NCBI GenBank assembly: GCA_017477255.1
Contig: JAFUXB010000001.1
Span: 29,872 to 93,871, forward strand
DNA: 64,000 bases
Source of the DNA: Bacilli bacterium
GTDB taxonomy: Bacteria > Bacillota_I > Bacilli_A > RFN20 > CAG-826
Reading direction: 5' to 3'
Of this stretch, positions 52,466-61,770 are shown piece by piece. A program made the position numbers and the translations under genes. The notes under the pieces were generated by a model. That model saw only the letters and a list, made by a program, of their open reading frames with translations. It searched no databases and was not told the DNA's origin. Within the stretch, counting starts at the first letter, position 1. Each line of letters starts with the position of its first letter.

Positions 52466-54040
52466 ATGTTTTTATTAGATATGACAAGTACTGGTTGGAT
52501 CCTTTTTGGCGTAGCTTTAGTAGTTGGAATAGTTATAGGTGGATTATTAATATTCTTTTTACCTGTATTTTCCAAAAGAAGAGCTGAAAACAATTCAAAG
52601 AAAATTATTAACAATGCAGAAATTAAAGCTGATCATATTATTAAAAATGCTCAACTTGATGCAAAACAAACAATTTTTGAATTAAAACAAGAAGCTGAAA
52701 AGGACATTAAAGAAAGAAAAGAAACAATTGTTCAACAAGAAAACAAATTACTTCAAAGAGAACAATCAATTAATTCACGTGACGTCGCGTTAATTAAAAA
52801 GGAAAGTTTACTTGAAGAAAAAGAAAAATCTCTTGATCAACAAATTGAAGAAAACAAGAAAAGAAAAGCACAACTTCAAGAAAAACTTGATGGCATAATC
52901 GATGAACTTCAAAAAGTTTCTCAAATGTCTTTAAAAGAGGCAAAAGATGAAATCTTTAAGAGAGTTGAAGAAAAATGCCAAAAAGAGATTACTCTTTATA
53001 TAAAGAATAAAGAGGAAGAAGCTGAACAAATTTGCGACGAAAAAGCTAGAATGATTCTTGCTAATTCTATGTCAAGACAAGCTCAAGAAGTTACTACTGA
53101 TAGAACAATTTCAGTTATTTCATTACCAAATGATGAAATGAAAGGAAGAATTATTGGTCGTGATGGAAGAAACATCAAATCATTAGAGCAATTGCTTGGT
53201 GTTGATATTATTATTGATGATACACCAGAAGCTTTAACTATTTCTTGCTTTAACCCAATTAGAAGAGAAGTTGCTTCTAGAGCATTAAATGTCTTAATTA
53301 AAGATGGAAGAATTCAACCAGGAAGAATCGAAGAAGTTGTCCAAAAATGTCAAAGTGAAGTTGATGAAGTTATTAGAAAAACTGGACAAGAAACTGTATT
53401 TAAACTTGGTATTGGTAACGTTAACAAAGAACTTATCAACTATATTGGAAGATTAAAATATAGAACAAGTTATGGACAAAACCAATTAGAACACTCAATT
53501 GAAACTGCACAATTATGTGGTGCAATGGCTGCAGAACTTGGTCTTGATCAAGTTTTAGCAAAAAGAGCAGGACTTTTGCATGATATTGGTAAAGCAGTAG
53601 ACTTTGAAATGGAAGGAAGTCACGTTGAAATTGGTGCAAGAATTGCTAAAAAATGTGGTGAAAATGAAGTTGTTATTAACGCAATTGAATCTCACCATGG
53701 CGATGTACCAGCAAAATTCGTTATTTCTCATTTAGTTGTTGCTGCTGATACTTTAAGTGCAGCACGTCCAGGTGCAAGAAGTGAAACTTTAGAAACTTAT
53801 ATTAAACGTATCGAACAACTTGAAACAATTTGTAATTCGTTTGATGGTGTCTTATCAAGCTATGCAATTCAATCAGGAAGAGAAGTCAGAGTAATGGTTA
53901 TTCCTGAAAAAATCGATGATTTAGCTGCTTATAAGATGGCTCGCGATATTAAAGATAAGATTGAAAAAGAAATGACTTATCCAGGTCAAATTAAAGTCAA
54001 TGTTATTAGAGAATATCGTGCAATAGAAACTGCTAAATAA
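52466..54040 (+). CDS. rny: Ribonuclease Y (N-terminal TM, coiled coil, KH, HD)
   Basis: N-terminal TM. KH domain (GRIIGRDGRNIKSLEQLLGVD). HD domain (LLHDIGKA...ESHHGD). 524 aa. AAGGAGG RBS. Confidence 0.96.
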   Translation: MFLLDMTSTGWILFGVALVVGIVIGGLLIFFLPVFSKRRAENNSKKIINNAEIKADHIIKNAQLDAKQTIFELKQEAEKDIKERKETIVQQENKLLQREQSINSRDVALIKKESLLEEKEKSLDQQIEENKKRKAQLQEKLDGIIDELQKVSQMSLKEAKDEIFKRVEEKCQKEITLYIKNKEEEAEQICDEKARMILANSMSRQAQEVTTDRTISVISLPNDEMKGRIIGRDGRNIKSLEQLLGVDIIIDDTPEALTISCFNPIRREVASRALNVLIKDGRIQPGRIEEVVQKCQSEVDEVIRKTGQETVFKLGIGNVNKELINYIGRLKYRTSYGQNQLEHSIETAQLCGAMAAELGLDQVLAKRAGLLHDIGKAVDFEMEGSHVEIGARIAKKCGENEVVINAIESHHGDVPAKFVISHLVVAADTLSAARPGARSETLETYIKRIEQLETICNSFDGVLSSYAIQSGREVRVMVIPEKIDDLAAYKMARDIKDKIEKEMTYPGQIKVNVIREYRAIETAK

Positions 54041-54828
54041 TGAATATATTATTTATTGGTGATATTGTTGGTAAATTAGGAAGGAAGGCTCTTTTAAGGA
54101 ACCTTCCTTTAGTTATTGAAAAATATGATGTTAGCTTTGTAATAGCTAATGGTGAAAATATAACAAATGGTAAGGGCATGTCTCCAACTCATTATGAGTT
54201 TTTAGTTAATCATGGAGTAGATGCAATTACTTTAGGAAATCATTATCTTCATCAAAAAGAAATTTATAAAGTTATTGATAATGATGAAGTTGTTAGGCCG
54301 CTTAATTTATTAGAAGAAAAACATGGGTCAGGATCGAGAATTTTTGATGTAGATGGAGTTAAAATTAGAGTTAGTAACCTATTGGGTACAGAAACTTCAA
54401 AAATACATCAAATTTCAGATCCATACAAATCAATTAGTGAAATTATTGCAAGCGATGAAAGTGATATTCACATTATTGATTATCATGCAGAATTTACTGG
54501 AGAGAAAAAAGCATTTGCTTACGCTTTAAAAAATTCAGTTAGTGCAATTTTAGGAACACATACACATGTTCAAACTAGAGATGCTCAAAAGCTTTCTACA
54601 GGTCCTTTATATATAACTGATGTTGGAATGTGTGGACTTTATGATAGTGTTTTAGGAACTGAAAAAGAAAGCGTAGTTGAACGTATTATTTTTAAAAATG
54701 AAAGTTCAAAATTTAAGCAACTTGAAAAAGGAAAAGTGTTATTTTCTGCAGTTATTTTAAAATTTGATGATTTAACATTTGAAGGAAAAGAAATAATTCC
54801 TTTATATATTATTAGTGAGGAGGATTAG
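54040..54828 (+). CDS. ymdB: YmdB-type metallophosphoesterase (2',3'-cyclic-nucleotide phosphodiesterase)
   Basis: MNILFIGDIVGK.GR......L.....KY..DFVIANGEN...GKG is the TIGR00282-type N-terminus. rny-ymdB synteny. Confidence 0.9.
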   Translation: MNILFIGDIVGKLGRKALLRNLPLVIEKYDVSFVIANGENITNGKGMSPTHYEFLVNHGVDAITLGNHYLHQKEIYKVIDNDEVVRPLNLLEEKHGSGSRIFDVDGVKIRVSNLLGTETSKIHQISDPYKSISEIIASDESDIHIIDYHAEFTGEKKAFAYALKNSVSAILGTHTHVQTRDAQKLSTGPLYITDVGMCGLYDSVLGTEKESVVERIIFKNESSKFKQLEKGKVLFSAVILKFDDLTFEGKEIIPLYIISEED

Positions 54829-54830
54829 TT

Positions 54831-56270
54831 ATGAGAAAAGTTGAATTTATTGAAGTCCCATCTTTAGTAAGTGCTAGAAATAGAAGGGATTCATCCGTAA
54901 CAATCAAATATAATTTTAATCCTACCTTAAAAACTTTAGCTTATTTTAAAGACAAAAAATTCTTTATTAGAACTTACGGTTGCCAAGCAAATATTCGTGA
55001 TGAAGAAGTCATGAGTGGTATTTTAACAAAGCTTGGAATGGTAAAAGTTTATGATGAAAAATTAGCAGATGTAGCAATTTTAAATACATGTGCTGTTAGA
55101 GAAAATGCTGAAGATAAAGTTTATGGACAAATTGGTGATTTTAAATCGATTAAAGCTAAAAATAAAAATTTAATTTTAATGATATGTGGTTGTATGATTG
55201 AACAAAAACATATTATTGATAAAATACTCGATAAATTCCCATTTGTTGATATTATGTTTGGAACACACAACATTAAAGATTTAGTCACTTTACTTAATAA
55301 ATACGTTGATGAAAATAAACGTTATGTCTATGTTTCTAGTGAAGTTGGAGCAATTGTTGAAGATCTTCCAAGTAAACGTTTAGAAAGCTATAGAGCTTAC
55401 GTAAATATTTCTTATGGATGCGATAAATTCTGTACTTATTGTATTGTTCCTTATACTCGTGGAAAAGAAAGAAGTAGATCTAAAGAAGAAATTTTAAAAG
55501 AATGTAAAGAATTAGTTGATAAAGGTTATGTAGAAATTACATTACTTGGTCAAAATGTAGATTCTTATGGAAAAGATTTAAAAGATGGCACGACTTTTGC
55601 AAATTTACTTGATGAAGTTGCCTCTTTAGGTATGCCTAGACTTAGATTTTTAACTTCTTATCCAAGTGATTTTAAAAATGAAGTTATTGATGTTATTGCT
55701 AAACATAAAAACATTATGAGATATCTTCATTTACCTGTTCAAAGTGGAAGTAATTCAATTTTAAGAGCAATGAATAGAAGATATACTAAAGAAGAATATT
55801 TAGATTTAGTCGAAAGAATTAGAACTAAAATTCCTGAAATGGCTTTTTCTACAGATATTATTGTAGGCTTCCCAAATGAAAGTTATGAAGAATTTTTAGA
55901 AACAATTGATTTAGCTAAAAAAGTTCATTATACAAGCGCATTTACATTTATTTATTCACCTAGAGTTGGAACTCCAGCAGCTAAGATTGAAGATAATGTA
56001 AGTTATGATGAAAAAGTAAAACGTTTCAAAGAACTTGTTAGTGAAATGGAAAAAGATTTCATATATTTTGCTGACCAAATGGTTGGAAAAACTTATGAAG
56101 TTTTAGTTGAAGAAGTTAGTAAGAAAAATAAAGAATTATTAAGCGGCTATACTGAAAATTTAAAAGTAGTCCATTTTAAAGGTGATGAATCAATGATTGG
56201 AAAACTTGTAAAAGTTAAAATCACTGAAAATCATTTATATTCATTAATTGGAGAATTAGTAAATGAATAA
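54831..56270 (+). CDS. miaB: tRNA-2-methylthio-N6-dimethylallyladenosine synthase MiaB
   Basis: UPF0004 domain (FFIRTYGCQANIRDEE), radical-SAM CDKFCTYCIVP, TRAM C-terminus. Confidence 0.93.
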   Translation: MRKVEFIEVPSLVSARNRRDSSVTIKYNFNPTLKTLAYFKDKKFFIRTYGCQANIRDEEVMSGILTKLGMVKVYDEKLADVAILNTCAVRENAEDKVYGQIGDFKSIKAKNKNLILMICGCMIEQKHIIDKILDKFPFVDIMFGTHNIKDLVTLLNKYVDENKRYVYVSSEVGAIVEDLPSKRLESYRAYVNISYGCDKFCTYCIVPYTRGKERSRSKEEILKECKELVDKGYVEITLLGQNVDSYGKDLKDGTTFANLLDEVASLGMPRLRFLTSYPSDFKNEVIDVIAKHKNIMRYLHLPVQSGSNSILRAMNRRYTKEEYLDLVERIRTKIPEMAFSTDIIVGFPNESYEEFLETIDLAKKVHYTSAFTFIYSPRVGTPAAKIEDNVSYDEKVKRFKELVSEMEKDFIYFADQMVGKTYEVLVEEVSKKNKELLSGYTENLKVVHFKGDESMIGKLVKVKITENHLYSLIGELVNE

Positions 56271-56553
56271 AATTTTAGATAAATGCGATGAAATTAATAA
56301 GTATTTACTAAAAACTGAACTAATTAAAGATTATTTAGATCTTAACTATTTTTTTGAACATGATAAAAAGTTCAAAAAAGAAGTTAATGAAATGGATTAT
56401 TATAGAACTTGTGAAAGGCAAGCTAAAGATTTGAATTTAAGTCTTTCGTTATATTTTGATGTAATTAAAAATCCTTTAGTTAAAAATTATATAAATTTAA
56501 AAGAAGAAGTTTCTTTATTAATGGAAGATGTTAAAAAAGAATTAAGTTTATGA
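56263..56553 (+). CDS. Small hypothetical protein (position equivalent to ymcA/ricA of B. subtilis; YlbF/YmcA-like?)
   Basis: 96-aa helical, K/E-rich ORF overlapping both neighbours (miaB by 8 nt, miaA by ATGA). The family call rests on synteny only. Confidence 0.4.
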   Translation: MNKILDKCDEINKYLLKTELIKDYLDLNYFFEHDKKFKKEVNEMDYYRTCERQAKDLNLSLSLYFDVIKNPLVKNYINLKEEVSLLMEDVKKELSL

Positions 56554-57419
56554 TTTTTGCAATTTTAGGCCCAACAGCTAGTGGAAAATCTGATTTAGCT
56601 GAAAATATAGCTAAACATTTTAATGCTGAAGTTATAAATTTTGATGCTTATCAAGTTTATATAGAAATGAATAAAGGAACTGCTAAGCCTACAAAAGAAT
56701 TTTTAAGTGAGCATCCAAACTATCATTTATATGATTTTAGACATGTTGATGATCCTTATAATATTATGCTTTATCAAAAAGATGGTAGAGAACTTTTAAA
56801 AAAATATGCTGGAAAACATATAGTTTTAGTTGGTGGAACAGGTTTATATTTAAAAGCATTACTTTTTGATTTTAAATTTTTGGAAGAAGAAAAAATGCCT
56901 GAAGATTATTTATCAAATTTAACTAATGAAGAATTATATGAAGAGCTTTTAAAAATTGATGAAGCTGATGCAAAAATTATTGGACCACATAATAGAAAAA
57001 GACTCATTAGAGCTTTATATATTTATAAAATTCATAATAAATCTAAAACTGAATTAAATGAAAATGGTAAATCTAATTTACTTTATGATGATGTAGTCTT
57101 TATCGGTTTAAATCCTGATCGAAATTTATTATATGAAAGAATTAATAAACGTGTCGAGATAATGTTTGAAGATGGACTTGTTGATGAAGTAAATGAATTA
57201 AAAGAAAAATTCCCAAAAGTAAATCAAGCTTTACAAGCAATTGGTTATAAAGAGTTTTTTAATGGTTTAGATTTAGAATCAACAAAAGAATTAATTAAGA
57301 AAAATACACGTAATTATGCAAAAAGACAAATGACATTCTTTAAACATCAATTTGAAGATGTTAATTGGTTTGAAAATATTGACGAGGCCTATGAATATGC
57401 AACAACAAGGTATAGATGA
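56550..57419 (+). CDS. miaA: tRNA dimethylallyltransferase MiaA
   Basis: IFAILGPTASGKSDLA P-loop, ...VGGTGLYLKALL..., YAKRQMTFFK. Confidence 0.94.
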   Translation: MIFAILGPTASGKSDLAENIAKHFNAEVINFDAYQVYIEMNKGTAKPTKEFLSEHPNYHLYDFRHVDDPYNIMLYQKDGRELLKKYAGKHIVLVGGTGLYLKALLFDFKFLEEEKMPEDYLSNLTNEELYEELLKIDEADAKIIGPHNRKRLIRALYIYKIHNKSKTELNENGKSNLLYDDVVFIGLNPDRNLLYERINKRVEIMFEDGLVDEVNELKEKFPKVNQALQAIGYKEFFNGLDLESTKELIKKNTRNYAKRQMTFFKHQFEDVNWFENIDEAYEYATTRYR

Positions 57420-58089
57420 TAGAACTCTTAAATTAATTGGTGAAGAAAAACTTTCTAAATTAAAAGCTTCAAAAGTAGCTGTTGTTGGTTTAGGAGGGGT
57501 TGGCTCAATTTGCGCTATTTCTTTAGTAATGTCTGAAATTAAAAATTTAATAATTATTGATGATGATAAAGTTGTAGAGTCGAATTTAAATAGACAAATC
57601 GCTTACGAATTAAGTGATATTGGTAAATTTAAGGTCGATGCAATGAAAGAAAAATTAAATAGATTAAGAAATGATTTAAACATTACTAAAGTTAATAAAA
57701 GAGTATCAAATGAATTTGATTTTAGTATTTTAAATGGTGCAAATTATGTTGTTGATTGTATTGATGATATTAATGCAAAAGTGCTTTTAATCAAATATTG
57801 TTTTGAAAATAATATCGAAATCATAACCTCTTTAGGTATGGGGAATAAGTTAGACCCAACTAACATTAAAATTATTTCACTCAATAAGACAACTATTGAC
57901 CCATTAGCTAAAAAATTGCGTTATAATTTAAAACAAGAAGGCATTGATACTTCTAAAGTTATGACAGCGTTTTCAGATGAAACGCCAATGATAAAAGATA
58001 GAGTCATTTCGTCGATGGTTTTTGTACCTAATACGTGTGGATTAACACTTGCAAGTTATGTAGTTAGAAAATTAATTGGAGGATTATGA
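57391..58089 (+). CDS. tcdA: ThiF/HesA-family tRNA threonylcarbamoyladenosine dehydratase (TcdA-like)
   Basis: RTLKLIGEEKLSKLKASKVAVVGLGGVGS...NLNRQ is an E1-like Rossmann motif. The start is ATG 57391 or 57397 (the ORF-track start at 57352 is further inside miaA). Confidence 0.8.
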   Translation: MNMQQQGIDDRTLKLIGEEKLSKLKASKVAVVGLGGVGSICAISLVMSEIKNLIIIDDDKVVESNLNRQIAYELSDIGKFKVDAMKEKLNRLRNDLNITKVNKRVSNEFDFSILNGANYVVDCIDDINAKVLLIKYCFENNIEIITSLGMGNKLDPTNIKIISLNKTTIDPLAKKLRYNLKQEGIDTSKVMTAFSDETPMIKDRVISSMVFVPNTCGLTLASYVVRKLIGGL

Positions 58090-59693
58090 TTATGGCATTG
58101 GAACACATTTCAAAAGTAGCAAAAAAAGTTGGAATTAGTGAAGAATATCTTGAATATTATGGCAATTTAAAAGCAAAAATTGATTTATCTTTATATGATA
58201 AAGTAAAAAATAATCCTGATGGAAAATTAGTTTTAGTAACTGCAATTACACCAACTAAAGCAGGCGAAGGAAAAACAACAACATCAATTGCCCTTTTAGA
58301 TGGTTTGTATAAAATTAATCAAAAAGCATTACTTTGTTTAAGAGAACCATCACTTGGTCCAGTTTTTGGATTAAAAGGTGGAGCAACTGGTGGTGGTAAA
58401 GTTACGATTGAACCAAGCGAAGATATTAACTTACATTTCACTGGTGATATGCACGCTTTAACTAGCTCAATTAACTTAATTAGTGCTGTTTTAGATAATC
58501 ATATTTATTTTGGTAATGAGTTAAACATTGATCCAGAATCAATTACTTGGAAAAGAGCTCTTGATATGAATGATAGAGAATTAAGAACTATCGAAATTGG
58601 TTTTGGAGAAAAGAACGGAATTAGAAGAACAGATCATTTCCAAATTACTGTTGCTAGCGAATTAATGGCTATTTTATGTTTAGCAAGTGACCCAGAAGAT
58701 TTTAAAGAAAGAGTCGCTAACATTATTGTTGGTTATACATATGACAAAAAACCTGTTTATGTTCGTGATTTACATATTGTTAATGCAGTTTATAAATTAA
58801 TGAAAAACGCATTAAAACCAAATATTGTTCAAACTCAAGAAAACAATCCATGTTTTGTCCATGGTGGACCATTTGCAAATATTGCTCATGGTTGTTCAAG
58901 TATTATTGCAACGAAATTAGCTTTAAAATTAAGTCCAATTGTTATTACTGAAGCTGGATTTGCTAGTGATTTAGGAGCTGAAAAATTCTTCGATATTAAA
59001 TCAAGAGTTGCTAACTTAAAACCAGATTGTGCTGTATTAGTTGCAACAATTAGAGCACTTAAATTACATGGTGGCGAAGCTTTTGAAAACTTAGAAAATG
59101 AAAATATTGAAGCTTTAAAGATTGGTTTTGAAAACTTAGAACAACATTATTTCAACCTTAAGAAATTTGGAGTTCCAGTTGTTGTTGCTATTAACCATTT
59201 CAAGAGTGATACTGAAAAAGAAATTAAGACTTTAACTGAATTATGCAAAAAAGATTTATTTGATGTTTGCTTCTTAGATGGTTTCTTAAATGGTGGCGCA
59301 GGATCAACTGAACTTGCTCATAAAGTTTGTGAAGTATTAGATACTAAAAAATCAAATTACAAACCTTTATATGATGTAAATTTATCAATTAAAGAAAAAA
59401 TTGAGATTATATCAAAAGAAATTTATAGAGCTGACGGTGTTGTTTATGAAGATTTAGCTTTAAAACAAATTGAAGAGTTAACCAAAAATGGGAAAGGCAA
59501 TTTACCAGTTTGCATGGCTAAAACTCCACAAAGCTTCAGTGATGATCCAAAATTATTAAACTGTCCAAAGAACTTCAAAATTACTGTTAGAGAAGTCAAT
59601 TTATCTAATGGAGCTGGATTTGTAGTTGTACTTTGCGGAAACATTCTTACAATGCCTGGTCTTCCAAGAGTTCCTCAAGCAGTTAAAATGTAA
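58086..59693 (+). CDS. fhs: Formate--tetrahydrofolate ligase
   Basis: LVTAITPTKAGEGKTTTSIAL, PSLGPVFGLKGGATGGG, HGGPFANIAHGCSS are canonical FTHFS. Confidence 0.96.
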   Translation: MIMALEHISKVAKKVGISEEYLEYYGNLKAKIDLSLYDKVKNNPDGKLVLVTAITPTKAGEGKTTTSIALLDGLYKINQKALLCLREPSLGPVFGLKGGATGGGKVTIEPSEDINLHFTGDMHALTSSINLISAVLDNHIYFGNELNIDPESITWKRALDMNDRELRTIEIGFGEKNGIRRTDHFQITVASELMAILCLASDPEDFKERVANIIVGYTYDKKPVYVRDLHIVNAVYKLMKNALKPNIVQTQENNPCFVHGGPFANIAHGCSSIIATKLALKLSPIVITEAGFASDLGAEKFFDIKSRVANLKPDCAVLVATIRALKLHGGEAFENLENENIEALKIGFENLEQHYFNLKKFGVPVVVAINHFKSDTEKEIKTLTELCKKDLFDVCFLDGFLNGGAGSTELAHKVCEVLDTKKSNYKPLYDVNLSIKEKIEIISKEIYRADGVVYEDLALKQIEELTKNGKGNLPVCMAKTPQSFSDDPKLLNCPKNFKITVREVNLSNGAGFVVVLCGNILTMPGLPRVPQAVKM

Positions 59694-59716
59694 TTTATTA
59701 AAAATAATGTAAATTT

Positions 59717-59762
59717 AACCCCCTTTTTCAAGTAAAAATCTCCTACTTGTATATAGAGGGGG
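59717..59762 (+). promoter_or_regulatory. Conserved leader element upstream of the ABC gene (shared with 51221-51267)
   Basis: AACCCCCT...(17 nt)...CCTACTTGTATATAGAGGGGG. AACCCCCT (59717-59724) is perfectly complementary to AGGGGGTT (59757-59764), which contains the SD. Confidence 0.5.
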
Positions 59763-59769
59763 TTTTATT

Positions 59770-61770
59770 ATGTTTAAAATTTCAAATGTTACATTATCCT
59801 ATAAAACCTATGAAGGATTGGAAAAAGTTGTTTTAAATGATGTTTCTTTAACTTTTCCTGAAAATGGTATTTGTTTTATTGTAGGTAAAAGTGGTTGTGG
59901 AAAATCTAGTTTATTAAATTTATTAGCAAATTTATTAAAACCCATTAAAGGTGATATATATTATAAGGATAAGAATCTGAAAGATTTTACTAGTGATGAG
60001 AAAATAAGCTTTTATCAATCTGAAATTTCTTTAATGTATCAGTCATATAATTTATTTAACAAAATGACTGTCTATGAAAACATTAAAATTGCATGTGATG
60101 TTTCTAATAAATCTGCAAGTTTAATTGATGGATATTTAGAAAAATTTTCATTAACACCATTAAAAGATATGATAATTGACGATTTAAGTGGAGGAGAAAA
60201 ACAAAGAGTAGCTTTAATTAGATCTTTAATTAAAGAACCTAATGTATTGCTTTGCGATGAACCAACAGGAGCAGTTGATGAGGCTAATGAAAAAATAATT
60301 ATTAATGCGTTAAGAGAATATGCTCAAAATCATTTAGTTATTATTGTTACTCACAATAAAGATTTAATTACTTGCTTAGATAATGTTGTTCGTTTAAAAG
60401 ATGGTAAAGTAGAAGACACAAAATTAGAATGCTATAAAAATATAAAATATGAACCATTTAAAAAGAAAGCAAGAATAAAGAATAAGCTTTTTTCTAAAAG
60501 ATTAGAAAAAGTTCATAGATTTAAATATGTTCTATTACTTGTTGCATTATCTTTTAGTTTTACCATCACAATGTTAGGTTTTAATTTTTATAATAATTTA
60601 AATACTCTCAGTTACAATTTAAAAAATAGTTATTCAAATTATAATTGTTTTAAAGTAAGTAATGTAAAAACTATAAAAGAAGAAGGAACACTTATAAGTT
60701 ATGTTAAAAAAGAAAGGCCGACATATTCCGAAGTAAGTGATAATTTTAATTTTTTAAATAACGCTGATATTACATACAATTTAGATTATTTTTTAAATAA
60801 TGCGACTGTCAAAATAAACGAAAAAGAATATACAAATGTAAAAGTTAAATTTTATTCTGATGGAAATTATGATGAAAGAGTAATTGTTAATGATCTTTTT
60901 TATAACTTAGAAAATGCTGGTAAATTTGTAGATATATCATTAAATAATTCATACACATATGAAACGATAAAAGATGAAGTTTATTATAAAATTGATAATG
61001 TTTTTACCTATTCAGAATCACATAAAATTAGTTATATAACTAATGAGTTTTTATATCTAAATGAACCAACAATTTATCTTAATTATTTCTATTTTGAAAA
61101 TTTCCTAGATAACTATTATTGTGATGCAATTTATGATGAAATTGGAGAGAAAATATCGTGGCTAGATTTAGTCAAAATCTGCAAAAATAATGAGGATTTA
61201 GGGGGTTTTTCAATGAATTTGTGGGTTTATGACACAAATAATTACCTAAAAATTATCGATTTTAAATCTAAAAACAATGACTTAATTTCTTTAGATAATA
61301 ATGGATTTGAAGTAGTAAATTCGTTCATGGATATTTTAAAAATTGTTAGTGTTGGAATTATATTTTTCTCTTCAATTTCTTTAATTTCAACATTTGCAAT
61401 TTTATTTTTTACTTTAATTAATCAGATATTAAAAGAAAGGAAAAATATTGCAGTTTTAAAGACTTTAGGGTATTCAACATTTAATGTCTTTACTCAATTT
61501 TTTAAGCCATTACTTTTGTATTTTTTAGGTTCAATTTTTATCGGAGCAGTACTTATTATAGGTATCACATTCATAGTAAATTATGTTGCGTTTGATAAAA
61601 TGCATATTATAAATATGATTTCATCTTTTACGTTAAATAACGATGTATTGCCTATAATTTTACTTATTATAATATCGATATTAATAATTTTGATTGCATA
61701 TATTATTGCTTCATTTGTATTTAATAAACTTAAAAAATTAGATATAGCTAGGGAGTTAAGTGAAGAATGA
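59770..61770 (+). CDS. Fused ABC transporter ATPase + FtsX-type permease (MacB-like)
   Basis: N-terminal NBD (GKSGCGKSSLLN, LSGGEKQRVALIRSL, LLCDEPTGAVD). One TM, an extracytoplasmic domain of about 250 aa, and a C-terminal FtsX-like 3-TM bundle. Confidence 0.85.
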   Translation: MFKISNVTLSYKTYEGLEKVVLNDVSLTFPENGICFIVGKSGCGKSSLLNLLANLLKPIKGDIYYKDKNLKDFTSDEKISFYQSEISLMYQSYNLFNKMTVYENIKIACDVSNKSASLIDGYLEKFSLTPLKDMIIDDLSGGEKQRVALIRSLIKEPNVLLCDEPTGAVDEANEKIIINALREYAQNHLVIIVTHNKDLITCLDNVVRLKDGKVEDTKLECYKNIKYEPFKKKARIKNKLFSKRLEKVHRFKYVLLLVALSFSFTITMLGFNFYNNLNTLSYNLKNSYSNYNCFKVSNVKTIKEEGTLISYVKKERPTYSEVSDNFNFLNNADITYNLDYFLNNATVKINEKEYTNVKVKFYSDGNYDERVIVNDLFYNLENAGKFVDISLNNSYTYETIKDEVYYKIDNVFTYSESHKISYITNEFLYLNEPTIYLNYFYFENFLDNYYCDAIYDEIGEKISWLDLVKICKNNEDLGGFSMNLWVYDTNNYLKIIDFKSKNNDLISLDNNGFEVVNSFMDILKIVSVGIIFFSSISLISTFAILFFTLINQILKERKNIAVLKTLGYSTFNVFTQFFKPLLLYFLGSIFIGAVLIIGITFIVNYVAFDKMHIINMISSFTLNNDVLPIILLIIISILIILIAYIIASFVFNKLKKLDIARELSEE

